DNA of 64,000 bases from Candidatus Sericytochromatia bacterium (GTDB taxonomy: Bacteria; Cyanobacteriota; Sericytochromatia; S15B-MN24; JAQBPE01). The stretch is from positions 106 through 64,105 of the forward strand of contig JAYKIL010000015.1 of the NCBI GenBank assembly GCA_035284745.1. Direction: 5' to 3'. The notes under the pieces were generated by a model. It was given only the letters and a program-made list of their open reading frames with translations, was not told the DNA's origin and did no database searches. Both the position numbers and the translations under genes were made by a program. Of the stretch, positions 56,365 to 64,000 are shown one piece after another (positions within the stretch are counted from its first letter, which is position 1; the number at the start of each line of letters is the position of its first letter).

Positions 56365-57618
56365 TCACCGGATGTAGATTGGATTCGAGATGGCTGTCAT
56401 GCTCGTGTTTAAACGAGGGAAACGTCGCAGCTCGGCCCGGACAAAATCGGTGCGAGGGCGCACCGGTATCGCGCAAGAAATGATTTGCTTGTCTTTGGTG
56501 ACGTCGAAAATTCTCCAACGCCCTGCGGCTGTGTACAATACGACTTTTTTGCCCTGACCTCCGAGAACGTGCACGCGAATATTGAGGACGCCATTGGCAC
56601 CCCGTGGCACGGTGTCTCCCATCATGGATTCGTATTGCCCGTCGCCATTGGCGTCTGCTTCCAGGTAAATGCGTCCGCTGGTGGGTGACTTTGTGATGGT
56701 CACCCGACCGGCACGAATGCCTCCCAAAATGCCCGCTTCATCCCTCGTTTCGGCAAAGACGATATTTACGTTGCGTGAAATGTCGTCATACCACTGCCCA
56801 TGATTGTCTGTTCCCGAGAGGGCTGTCAGGCGCCGCCCGGCTCGCAGCGATTTGTCCCACCAAGCCAGCGCTTTGTCGTTGTTGATAACGGGTTTCACGC
56901 GGGCCCACCAGCCATTCCACACCTCAATACCGTGGACGCGAGCATCGGGCTCGCTTTGCTTCCAGACGTTGTTGAGCGTGAAGGGATGGTTGATAACAAT
57001 CGTGGCGTTTCGGCGGGTGGCCTCCCGCAGCATGGCGTCCAGACTCAGCCCTGTTGTAATGTTCTCGTTCCCCCGCAGGCCCAGCAAAGACGCGTGTCCG
57101 ACAACCTCTTCGCCACGTTCGCGAAATGCGTTCCATTCCATGCCTTTCACCATTGTCAGGTGGCCGGGGGGGGCTTGAAATTCCGGGCTCAAAGCCCCCC
57201 GCATCGTGTTGTGGTCCGTCAGGGCGAAGGCATCAAGACCCTGCAGATAGGCCTCTTGTTGCATCACTGTCAAAGGTTTTTTTCCGTCCCAGTAAGTGGA
57301 ATGATTATGGTTGGAAAATAACAGCCATCGCCCTTGCCTGCCCGCCGGAACGGGTTGAGGGGCCTTGGAGAGGTCGATGTTGCCATCATCCTCATCCAAT
57401 GCGGTATGTTGCCGCGCGCCCAAATCACTGTGAGCATTGTGATTCTCATTTTGAATCCGAACCCGCTCAGTGAGAACGGGCGTCGTCGCTCGTGCGCACC
57501 CCGCCGAAATGAGGATCCCAACAAATAAACACGCCCAGGGACGAGCAGGCTCAATCACGCATCGCACTCCACGGTGAAAGCCCCTGCCGGTTGGCAGGGA
57601 AGTTTCCGTTATCTCCAC
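56365..57618 (-). CDS. PHP-domain metallohydrolase (CehA/McbA-like) lipoprotein
   Basis: 417-aa ORF with lipobox ISAGC. SNHNHSTYWDG, FALTDHNT, VINHPF, SGTDNHG. Confidence 0.8.
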   Translation of the reverse strand: MEITETSLPTGRGFHRGVRCVIEPARPWACLFVGILISAGCARATTPVLTERVRIQNENHNAHSDLGARQHTALDEDDGNIDLSKAPQPVPAGRQGRWLLFSNHNHSTYWDGKKPLTVMQQEAYLQGLDAFALTDHNTMRGALSPEFQAPPGHLTMVKGMEWNAFRERGEEVVGHASLLGLRGNENITTGLSLDAMLREATRRNATIVINHPFTLNNVWKQSEPDARVHGIEVWNGWWARVKPVINNDKALAWWDKSLRAGRRLTALSGTDNHGQWYDDISRNVNIVFAETRDEAGILGGIRAGRVTITKSPTSGRIYLEADANGDGQYESMMGDTVPRGANGVLNIRVHVLGGQGKKVVLYTAAGRWRIFDVTKDKQIISCAIPVRPRTDFVRAELRRFPRLNTSMTAISNPIYIR

Positions 57619-57744
57619 AACTCCTTTGAGGTTATAGGAGAAGGTGTTTTAAACCTGAAGTTAACAAACGATTAATATGGCGGGCCTGTCGTGAGGCTCA
57701 TCTGCTCCTCTCTATAATTCGCGGAGAAAATTATTGAATGAGGA

Positions 57745-60057
57745 GTGCTTGGTGGGTACAAGCAGGCCGTGTCTCAGTCTCCGTTCCTCATTGCACTCAG
57801 TCGTTTCATTGTGGCGCGCGCGCGCTTCATCGTGTTGACCTGGCTTGTCGTGGCGGTGGTTGCAGGCGTTTTTGCTCCGCAGGCCCTCCAGCGCCTGGCC
57901 GGCGGAGGGGGCGAATTGCCCCGCAGTTCTGCCGCCGCCTTGGACCGGACGCTACAGGATCACTTTGAATCGCCGCTGTCATCGCGACTCGTCGTGGTCT
58001 TGGAAACCAAGGCCCAAAATGTGGAGTCCGAGGGTATCGCGCCCCTGCTGGCGCGCATAGGGCCTGCGTTGCGCACATTGCCGATGGTTGCGACGGTTGA
58101 AGGCCCGTTTCATCGCGGTGACATTGTTGGGGGTGAAGCGGATCCACATCATCGCACCTGGGTCGTGGGATTGCGGGGTGGTGACGCTTTGGCTGCGCAA
58201 AATGCGGTGCGCGAAATTCGTTCAGCCGTGCGGCCTTTGCGCAGAGAACTGGGAGCTATCGATCCCCAAGCATTGCTGGCCGTCACCGGCGGCTCCGCGG
58301 TGAATGAAGACATTGGGCAACGGAGCAAACAAGATGGTCAACGCGCGGAGATGCTCGCCACGCCCTTAACGATGCTGGTTCTGTGGCTGGCCTTCCGCAC
58401 CGCGGGCGCCGCCGTTTTGCCGCTGCTCTGCGCGGGCTTTGCCATTGTGCTAACTTTTGGCTTGGCATTTGTGGTGACGAGTCTGACACCCCTCAGTGAC
58501 CTGATGGAAAATCTGGTGACCATGGTGGGTTTGGCCGTGGGGGTCGATTATGCCCTGTTAATGGTCGAGCGGTGGCGCTACGAGCGCCGTGACCATGCCT
58601 CTGCTGAGGCAGTGGGACGCGCTGTTGTGCAGGCTACCCCGGCGATTGTGATCTCGGCCTGTGCGGTTTTGTGTGGCATGTTGGGCTTGGCTTTGGCCCC
58701 CTTATTAGAACTGCGAAGCATGGCCTTTGGCGGTGTGGCGGTGGTCGTGTTTTCCATGTTGGCGGCCATCACCTTGTTGCCGTCCTTGCTTGTCCTGGGC
58801 GCACGTTGGGTGGAGTGGCCCTCAGGCCTTCATCACGTTGATGGAGAGACGCGGAGCCAGCTTCGTTGGAGCCGCTTGGCGGGGTGGGTGGTTCGCTATC
58901 CGTGGCGCTTTGCACTGGGTGGGAGCCTCATCTTGGCTCTGTTGGTGGCACCTGCTCTCAGTTTTCAAAGCGGTGCGCCTCGCATGACGGACTTTCCAAA
59001 GGATATGGAAAGCAATCAGGGGGTGGCCGCTTTGGGGCGCATGGGGGCGGGCAATCAAGTGTTTGACATCCCCATCGTGATTGAAACCACCGATGGAAGC
59101 CCTGTGCTGGCTCGCCAGCATTTGGGGCCCTTGCATCGCTGGGTGCGGGAATTGGAGGCCGACGCACGGACCTTGCGCGTCTTGGGCCCCCTAAGTTTGC
59201 GGCCACAGATGAGTTCGCTGGCCGTGGCTTTGACTTGGCAGAACTGGGGCCGTGCGCTCGACCGCTTGCCCGATGTGCGAAGGGTTTTTGTGAGCCGCGA
59301 TGGAACCCGTATGTTGATGACGGTCGTTCCGCATTCTGAGGTTTCAACCATCGCGATACAAGCGTTTGCCCAAGAGCTCACGACAAAATTGCCACCGGGC
59401 CCCTATCGCGTAAAAATTGGAGGGCAGCCCACCTATCTCAATGAACTCGAGGCCCGTTTGGCCGAAGCTGCCGTACCTGTTTTAGCGGGTGTTGGGGTAT
59501 TAACGGCGCTGCTGCTGGGATGGGCATTTCGTTCGATCCTGATTCCCATTAAGGCGATTGGCTTGAACTTGTTGGCTGTCGCGTCTGGATTTGGCGTGGT
59601 GACGGTGGTGTGTCAGTGGGGGTGGGGTGCATCGTGGGTGGGCTTGTCAGAACCACTGGTGCGGGTCCCGCCATTTGTCCCGCTGCTTATGTTTTGCATT
59701 ATGTTTGGACTTTCGATGGATTACGAAGTCTTTATGCTCAGTCGCATTCGAGAACGTTTGAGTGTCCATGGGGACCAACAGCGTGCCATTGTGGAGGGAT
59801 TGGCCGCGACGGGCCCGGTGATTACCCACGCGGCTGCCGTCATGGTGATTGTTTTTGGGGCGTTCAGTTTCGCCGAGATTCTGGTTGTAAAGGTCTTGGG
59901 TATAGGATTGGCAACAGCGGTCATTGTTGATGCTTGTGTTCTGCGAACGTTTTTGGCGGGTCCTTTGTTGCTTCTCGCGGGCCGCTGGAATTGGTATCCG
60001 GGCCTTCTGTCACGGCGGGTGGCCGTGTCGAAGGGGGCAGAGGAGGGAAGGCACTGA
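57745..60057 (+). CDS. MMPL-family (RND superfamily) lipid exporter
   Basis: 770-aa ORF (GTG 57745; GTG 57769 possible). Two TM bundles, each followed by GVDYALLMVERWRYE / GLSMDYEVFMLSRIRE type motifs. Confidence 0.9.
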   Translation: MLGGYKQAVSQSPFLIALSRFIVARARFIVLTWLVVAVVAGVFAPQALQRLAGGGGELPRSSAAALDRTLQDHFESPLSSRLVVVLETKAQNVESEGIAPLLARIGPALRTLPMVATVEGPFHRGDIVGGEADPHHRTWVVGLRGGDALAAQNAVREIRSAVRPLRRELGAIDPQALLAVTGGSAVNEDIGQRSKQDGQRAEMLATPLTMLVLWLAFRTAGAAVLPLLCAGFAIVLTFGLAFVVTSLTPLSDLMENLVTMVGLAVGVDYALLMVERWRYERRDHASAEAVGRAVVQATPAIVISACAVLCGMLGLALAPLLELRSMAFGGVAVVVFSMLAAITLLPSLLVLGARWVEWPSGLHHVDGETRSQLRWSRLAGWVVRYPWRFALGGSLILALLVAPALSFQSGAPRMTDFPKDMESNQGVAALGRMGAGNQVFDIPIVIETTDGSPVLARQHLGPLHRWVRELEADARTLRVLGPLSLRPQMSSLAVALTWQNWGRALDRLPDVRRVFVSRDGTRMLMTVVPHSEVSTIAIQAFAQELTTKLPPGPYRVKIGGQPTYLNELEARLAEAAVPVLAGVGVLTALLLGWAFRSILIPIKAIGLNLLAVASGFGVVTVVCQWGWGASWVGLSEPLVRVPPFVPLLMFCIMFGLSMDYEVFMLSRIRERLSVHGDQQRAIVEGLAATGPVITHAAAVMVIVFGAFSFAEILVVKVLGIGLATAVIVDACVLRTFLAGPLLLLAGRWNWYPGLLSRRVAVSKGAEEGRH

Positions 60058-61727
60058 TGGCGACGGTACTCGATGAGATCATCCGCCTTACTGCAGCGCG
60101 TCCTGCCGCGATGGCTCTTGGTCGTTTGGACGCGGATGGGCTTCCGGGCGCGACGCTCAGCCGGGGAGAACTGTTGGAATGTGCCCGCGGGGGGGCGACG
60201 CAACTCTTTGTGTTAATCCGCCCTGGCGATCGGGTGGTGTTGGCCTATGCGCCTGGTATTGACTTTGTGGTGGCGGTTTTGGCGGTTTGGATGGCAGGTG
60301 GTGTTGTGGTGACAGCCTCTCCCCCCACGACGGATCGGACGCGCGAATGGCTTCTCGGGATTGTGCGGGAGAGCGAGGCGGCCTTGATGCTCACGAATGC
60401 CTCGCTGGTTCCCTCCTTGACCCCGTTTGGGCAGTTGGTTGGGGTGCCTGTCGCGAGCCTTGCGCCATCGTCGGCCGCCGAGGAAGCGGGGCTTCGCCGT
60501 GGGCCTTCTGACTTGGCCTTGCTGCAGTTTACAAGCGGCTCGACCTCAGCGCCGCGCGGCGTGCGCATCACGCACGAAAATTTGCTTGCGAACCTGGGGC
60601 AGATGATGGCGGCATCGCGTTTCAACGCAGAGGATGTCTGTGTGACTTGGTTACCTCATTATCACAATATGGGGTTGATGGGGGTCATTTTGTTGCCCTT
60701 GTGGGCTGGCTTTCCCACGCACTTGATGAGCCCCATGGAGTTTTTGGAGCGCCCTGGTCGTTGGTTGCGTGCCATTTCGGAGGTGCGAGCGACGTTCAGC
60801 GGAGGCCCTAATTTTGCCTTCGACCTTGCGGCCATTCGCACCAGTGGGGCGGAGGCGGAGGGGTTGGACCTTTCTTGTTGGCAGGCCGCCTTTTGTGGTT
60901 CCGAGCCGGTACGTCCCGCCACGCTCGCCCGTTTTTCCAAGCGCTTCACGCCCTTCGGCTTTGATGTTGGGGCCTTTTACCCCAGTTATGGCATGGCAGA
61001 GGCCACGCTGCTGGTGACGGGGGGCGCGAAACACGGCGGGGCGAAATCGTTCTTTTTGGATGCCGAGGCGTTGGCGGATGGACGTGCGTTGGAGGTCCCG
61101 GCTGACAGTCCGCGCGCGCGCGCTTTGGTGGGTCTGGGGCGCTGTTGGGGGGACCTGGAACTTGCGATTATCGATCCGGACCAGGGGTTGCGCCAACCGG
61201 AAGGGGTGGTGGGAGAGGTCTGGCTGCGGGGGCCGTCAGTCTCGGATGGTTATTGGCGCCCGGTGGACTCGAACCCTTTTGGCCATGCTTTGTCCGCCGA
61301 GACAGGCTGGCTGCGCACGGGCGATTTGGGCCTTCTTTTGCATGGGGAACTGATTCTCACGGGCCGAATGAAGGAACTGATCATCGTTAATGGGCGAAAC
61401 TTGTATCCCAGTGATCTTGAGCAGGCTTTGGAGGGATTGCGTCCGCGCGTACAAGCAGCGGTTGCTTTTGCGGTTGAGGCACAGCGTGGCGAACGTCTTG
61501 TGGTCATCGCCGAGGTGGACGCAGCGCTTGAGATGGAGGCCCAGAATCATTTGCAAGAGGAGATTCGCTTAGCCCTGCGACAGGAAGATGTGACCCCTCA
61601 CGCGGTGGTGCTCGTTCCCCCGGGGGGGATTGTGCGGACTGCTACAGGAAAAATGGCGCGTTTTGCGACGCGAGATGCGTATGTGGCGGGTGCGTTGCCG
61701 TCTCTGATTGCGGCTGCATCCGTTTGA
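60057..61727 (+). CDS. fatty acyl-AMP ligase (FAAL)
   Basis: ATG 60057 overlaps the MMPL stop (TGATG) behind GGAGGGAAGG. LLQFTSGSTSAPRGVRITHENLLANL, WLPHYHNMGLMGVILLPLWAGF, YPSYGMAEATL, GWLRTGDLG. 556 aa. Confidence 0.9.
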   Translation: MATVLDEIIRLTAARPAAMALGRLDADGLPGATLSRGELLECARGGATQLFVLIRPGDRVVLAYAPGIDFVVAVLAVWMAGGVVVTASPPTTDRTREWLLGIVRESEAALMLTNASLVPSLTPFGQLVGVPVASLAPSSAAEEAGLRRGPSDLALLQFTSGSTSAPRGVRITHENLLANLGQMMAASRFNAEDVCVTWLPHYHNMGLMGVILLPLWAGFPTHLMSPMEFLERPGRWLRAISEVRATFSGGPNFAFDLAAIRTSGAEAEGLDLSCWQAAFCGSEPVRPATLARFSKRFTPFGFDVGAFYPSYGMAEATLLVTGGAKHGGAKSFFLDAEALADGRALEVPADSPRARALVGLGRCWGDLELAIIDPDQGLRQPEGVVGEVWLRGPSVSDGYWRPVDSNPFGHALSAETGWLRTGDLGLLLHGELILTGRMKELIIVNGRNLYPSDLEQALEGLRPRVQAAVAFAVEAQRGERLVVIAEVDAALEMEAQNHLQEEIRLALRQEDVTPHAVVLVPPGGIVRTATGKMARFATRDAYVAGALPSLIAAASV

Positions 61728-61766
61728 ACTTGTTTTGGCTGCCTGGTCAGTTCTTGCTGTTGGAGG

Positions 61767-62360
61767 TTGTTTGTGTCGCTGGCTTTACTTGTACTGATTT
61801 GTATTAATTTCGCATGGATTGGCTATTTGCCTGTGGGGTTTTTTCGGCGCGATGGCAGCTTTAATTTCCGCTGGTGGCTCACAGGTGTTGCGTTCTTCTT
61901 GGTTCCGGCCTATGCGGTGACGCTACATTTTGTGGCCGTTCCTGATTTCCTCCGGCCCGTTGTGTTATCGGGGGGATGGGCGTCCGTTGCTGAGTTTCTG
62001 TCGGTTTTACTGGCGACGAGCTCGATTGGGCTGATTCACCTGACGCTTGGAACCCATCGAATACCTCTGGCCTTGTGGCATCAAGAGAACGATGCGCCGC
62101 GTTCGATTGTGACCTATGGTGCGTATAAATACATTCGGCATCCGTTCTACACCTCCTTTCTGATGGCCTTTGCGGCGGGCGTTCTGGCCATGCCAGGCTG
62201 GGTGATGGGCGCACTTTTGGTGTATCAATTTGTGGCTCTGAACGTGACGGCGCAGCGTGAAGAAACGCGTTTGGCTGCCTCTGAGTTTGGGGAGGACTAC
62301 CGGGCCTACCTCGGCCAAACCGGGCGCTTCTTTCCCCGGCCTGGAGGAGGGGCTCTGTGA
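61767..62360 (+). CDS. ICMT/PEMT-like integral membrane methyltransferase
   Basis: 197-aa ORF (TTG 61767 or GTG 61773 after TGGAGG). Multi-TM. YKYIRHPFYTSFLMAFAAGVL and EETRLAASEFGEDYRAY. Confidence 0.85.
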   Translation: MFVSLALLVLICINFAWIGYLPVGFFRRDGSFNFRWWLTGVAFFLVPAYAVTLHFVAVPDFLRPVVLSGGWASVAEFLSVLLATSSIGLIHLTLGTHRIPLALWHQENDAPRSIVTYGAYKYIRHPFYTSFLMAFAAGVLAMPGWVMGALLVYQFVALNVTAQREETRLAASEFGEDYRAYLGQTGRFFPRPGGGAL

Positions 62361-63319
62361 GCGACGTGTATTTGCACGGTTTGGCTTTCGCTTTGGGCGA
62401 TGACGCCGTGAGCCTGACTGACAGTGTGGCCGCTGGGCGGACCCTTTCGGACCTGGACACGCTGCGGGAAGCGGGCTTTCGTCAGCATCACGTCGCAGCC
62501 CACGAGACGGAAGCCTATCATTTGGGTTTGCGGGCTTCGCAGGTGCTGTCGGGGGTGCCGGGTGTCGATATGTCCCGCACCGGGGCCATTGTCTATGCCA
62601 CCTGTTTGACGTGCAATGGAAACCGAGGCCAGGAATCGGAGTTTCAACTGACCCGCGACGTGAAGCATTTGATGGACTATCCTGCGAGCCATCTGCAGGC
62701 CGATCTCGACCTGCCCGAGGCGGCGGTCATCGGCCTGAATCAGCAGGCATGCACTTCGATGTTGGGCTCTGTGCGCGTGGCGCGCGCGCTTCTCCTTGCG
62801 GAGTCTGACATCGAGGGGGTTTTGTGCGTCAGTGCCGATCGCTTCCCGCCGGGTGCCCTCTACGAGCAAGCCTATAATTTGATTAGCGATGGAGCGGCGG
62901 CGTGTTGGGTCGGTCGCGAGGCCAAGGGCTATCGTGTGGTCGCCACTCACGCCCTGACCAACGGTGCGCTGGCGCAAGCGTCCGATGATGAAACGGTGGG
63001 AAGTTATTTTGGTTACACGCACCGCTTGGTCACGGAATTGTTGCGTAAGGCGGGAATGACCGCTGAGCAGGTCGACTGGGTTGTGCCGCAGAACACGCAC
63101 GTCAAAACGTGGGAGGTCTTGTCGAGACTGCTGCGCATTCCGCTCGAGCGGGTTTATTTCGACAGCATTGGCGATGTGGCCCACATTATCAGCAGTGATA
63201 ATGTGGTGAATCTTTTGAAACTCGAAAATTCGGGAAAGATACAGACAGGACAACGCTTGTTATTGTTGATGGCAGGATTTGGTTTGAATTGGCAGGGGAT
63301 CATACTTGAGAAGGTGTGA
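62357..63319 (+). CDS. KAS III (FabH)-like thiolase-fold enzyme, non-canonical triad
   Basis: 320-aa ORF. GTGA overlap with the upstream gene, GGAGGAGG SD. Cys motif NQQACTSM. FabH-like C-terminal layout VDWVVPQNTH ... IGDVAHIISSDN. Confidence 0.8.
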   Translation: MSDVYLHGLAFALGDDAVSLTDSVAAGRTLSDLDTLREAGFRQHHVAAHETEAYHLGLRASQVLSGVPGVDMSRTGAIVYATCLTCNGNRGQESEFQLTRDVKHLMDYPASHLQADLDLPEAAVIGLNQQACTSMLGSVRVARALLLAESDIEGVLCVSADRFPPGALYEQAYNLISDGAAACWVGREAKGYRVVATHALTNGALAQASDDETVGSYFGYTHRLVTELLRKAGMTAEQVDWVVPQNTHVKTWEVLSRLLRIPLERVYFDSIGDVAHIISSDNVVNLLKLENSGKIQTGQRLLLLMAGFGLNWQGIILEKV

Positions 63320-64000
63320 ATGATGCTAAGTCTTGAAACGTTGGTTGAAAAGCTGAATGCAAGTTCTGAACGGGATTACCCGGCTCCGACTTGGGGGCTT
63401 GAGTGGCCCGAGCAGTTTCCTGAAGGCGCGTGGGCGTTTTCCCCTGAGTTGCTTTCCCTAAGCGGATTGCCGGTGCTTGAGACCTTTAGCGAAGAGCAAT
63501 TGAAACGCTTGGCCCTGCTTGAGGCCGGGAACTTTTTTAGTCTGAATATTAATGGTGAGAAGAGCCTGATTGAAGGCTTGGCACGCCAGTGTTATCGACC
63601 GCAAACGCATGCTGTGACCAGTTACATTCACCACTTTTTGGAGGAAGAAAGTCGTCACATGAGGACTTTCGGCGCTTTTTGCTTGAAGTATGTTGGGAAG
63701 ACCTACCCCGACAAAAAGATGGTATTTGAACGCGAATATGCGGAAGGTGAGGAAGACTTTCTCTTTTGGACCAAGGTCATGATTTTTGAAGAGACGGCGG
63801 ATTCCTACAATGTCTATATGGCGGCTGATGAGCGATTGCACCCTCTGGTGCGAGGCATTCATAAGATGCATCATCATGACGAAAGCCGGCACTTGGCTTT
63901 CGGGCGACAGATGGTGCGGGAAATTTGGGCCGAACACTCCCCGAAGTGGGATGCCACGGTAATTCAGGGGATACGAGCTTACCTAAATTCTTACGCCACG
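63320..64000 (+). CDS. AurF-like ferritin-fold diiron oxygenase, partial (3' end beyond window)
   Basis: Own translation from ATG 63320, immediately after the upstream TGA, open to 64000 (227 codons): MMLSLETLVEKLN... Carboxylate/His motifs HHFLEEESRHM and MHHHDESRHLAFG. Confidence 0.75.
   Translation, partial: MMLSLETLVEKLNASSERDYPAPTWGLEWPEQFPEGAWAFSPELLSLSGLPVLETFSEEQLKRLALLEAGNFFSLNINGEKSLIEGLARQCYRPQTHAVTSYIHHFLEEESRHMRTFGAFCLKYVGKTYPDKKMVFEREYAEGEEDFLFWTKVMIFEETADSYNVYMAADERLHPLVRGIHKMHHHDESRHLAFGRQMVREIWAEHSPKWDATVIQGIRAYLNSYAT

Noticed and set aside
57738-57968. 76-aa ORF from ATG 57738 overlapping the MMPL start
   Set aside because: It is out of frame with the MMPL protein and Arg/Cys-rich. 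The MMPL frame gives the expected hydrophobic N-terminal helix.
59934-60056. Upstream extension of the FAAL ORF in the supplied track. Similar extensions occur at 38004-38210 (lipoprotein), 34654-34788 (scoA), 23001-23075 (glpK) and 47666-47749 (pccB).
   Set aside because: The extensions overlap the preceding gene or lack homology-like sequence. In each case an internal start with a good SD yields the canonical N-terminus.
62306-63253. 315-aa minus-strand ORF opposite the KAS III-like gene
   Set aside because: Arg/His/Gln-rich with no motifs. The plus strand encodes a recognisable thiolase-fold protein inside a translationally coupled operon.
1-64000. Search for mobile elements, prophage, integrase/transposase genes, flanking direct repeats or tRNA integration sites
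   Set aside because: No such gene or repeat was recognised by eye. The segment looks like native chromosome rather than an island, although I could not compute composition statistics.

Overview
A 64 kb, moderately GC-rich, gene-dense bacterial chromosomal segment. I support about 58 protein-coding genes on both strands. Many long ORFs in the supplied track are antisense GC artefacts. I recognised no rRNA, tRNA, CRISPR array, transposase, integrase or phage gene.

Content mixes two groups:
- Housekeeping metabolism: glpK, scoAB CoA-transferase, ggt, proline dehydrogenase, acyl-CoA carboxylase beta/epsilon, delta-9 desaturase, SulP permease, clpS.
- A large set of exported proteins, lipoproteins and envelope-active enzymes: S8 protease, two M14 carboxypeptidases, a C39-like peptidase and an L,D-transpeptidase (both with PG-binding domains), LysM, SPFH, GH1, GHL10, NHL-repeat, ankyrin.

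Most noteworthy:
1. A pilV/W/X-like minor-pilin operon (9.4-14.5 kb) is followed directly by two tandem paralogous lipoproteins carrying a copy-number-variable LISAGGMN octapeptide repeat.
2. A translationally coupled MMPL - fatty acyl-AMP ligase - ICMT-like methyltransferase - KAS III-like - diiron oxygenase operon (57.7-64.0 kb) runs off the window. It is a candidate uncharacterised lipid pathway.
3. A kdd-kce (lysine-fermentation type) pair sits without the rest of the pathway.
4. There are two hypothetical two-gene units: 5.3-7.7 kb, ending in a RelE/ParE-like signature, and 28.4-29.6 kb, closed by a strong hairpin.

All family calls are motif recognition by eye and from memory; no searches or computations were run. 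Start codons are often ambiguous because GTG/TTG starts are frequent. Taxonomy cannot be established from this window. A few families (DUF3370-like, PrcB, HEAT+WD40) hint weakly at a cyanobacteria-related lineage.
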